In this document: positions 36,066-36,125 of the stretch, one piece after another
How the letters are laid out: every line of letters begins with the position of its first letter
Numbering within the stretch: position 1 is the stretch's first letter
NCBI RefSeq assembly: GCF_001194135.2
Contig: NC_068984.1
Location: 136,295,156-136,331,280 of the forward strand
From: Octopus bimaculoides
Taxonomy: Eukaryota
DNA: 36,125 bases
Reading direction: 5' to 3'
Notes under the pieces: model-generated
What the model was told of the DNA's origin: nothing
Databases searched by the model: none
What the model saw: the letters and a program-made list of their open reading frames with translations, nothing else
Made by a program: the position numbers and the translations under genes

Positions 36066-36125
36066 ATATATGTATATATAATACATACATCTGTATGTGT
36101 GAGTATATATGCAACGTATAATCTA

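Overview
AT-rich, microsatellite-dense eukaryotic DNA with about 3.3 kb of N gaps in 12 blocks. The SINE families closely resemble the tRNA-derived SINEs I recall from Octopus genomes, so this is probably an octopod scaffold (recognition from memory, no search run). No intact protein-coding ORF is supported; the supplied ORFs are almost all translations of microsatellites, gaps or SINEs. The window is mostly a record of old mobile elements: about 20 SINE copies or fragments from four families, a 194-bp solo LTR with a perfect 5-bp target-site duplication, and decayed fragments of an R4/Dong-like non-LTR retrotransposon and of hAT, Tigger/pogo and two Tc1/mariner-type transposases. It also holds a palindromic MITE-like element and a diverged 237-bp tandem duplication. 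The most unusual item is a tRNA-like cloverleaf at 17065-17144 with A and B boxes, a T6 terminator and a 16-nt anticodon loop that extends the anticodon arm into a long hairpin. A TATA/Inr arrangement with good splice sites in the first 2 kb, and a candidate 9-nt microexon at 14005, suggest the window could be the 5' end and introns of a + strand gene. That gene model is inference only.
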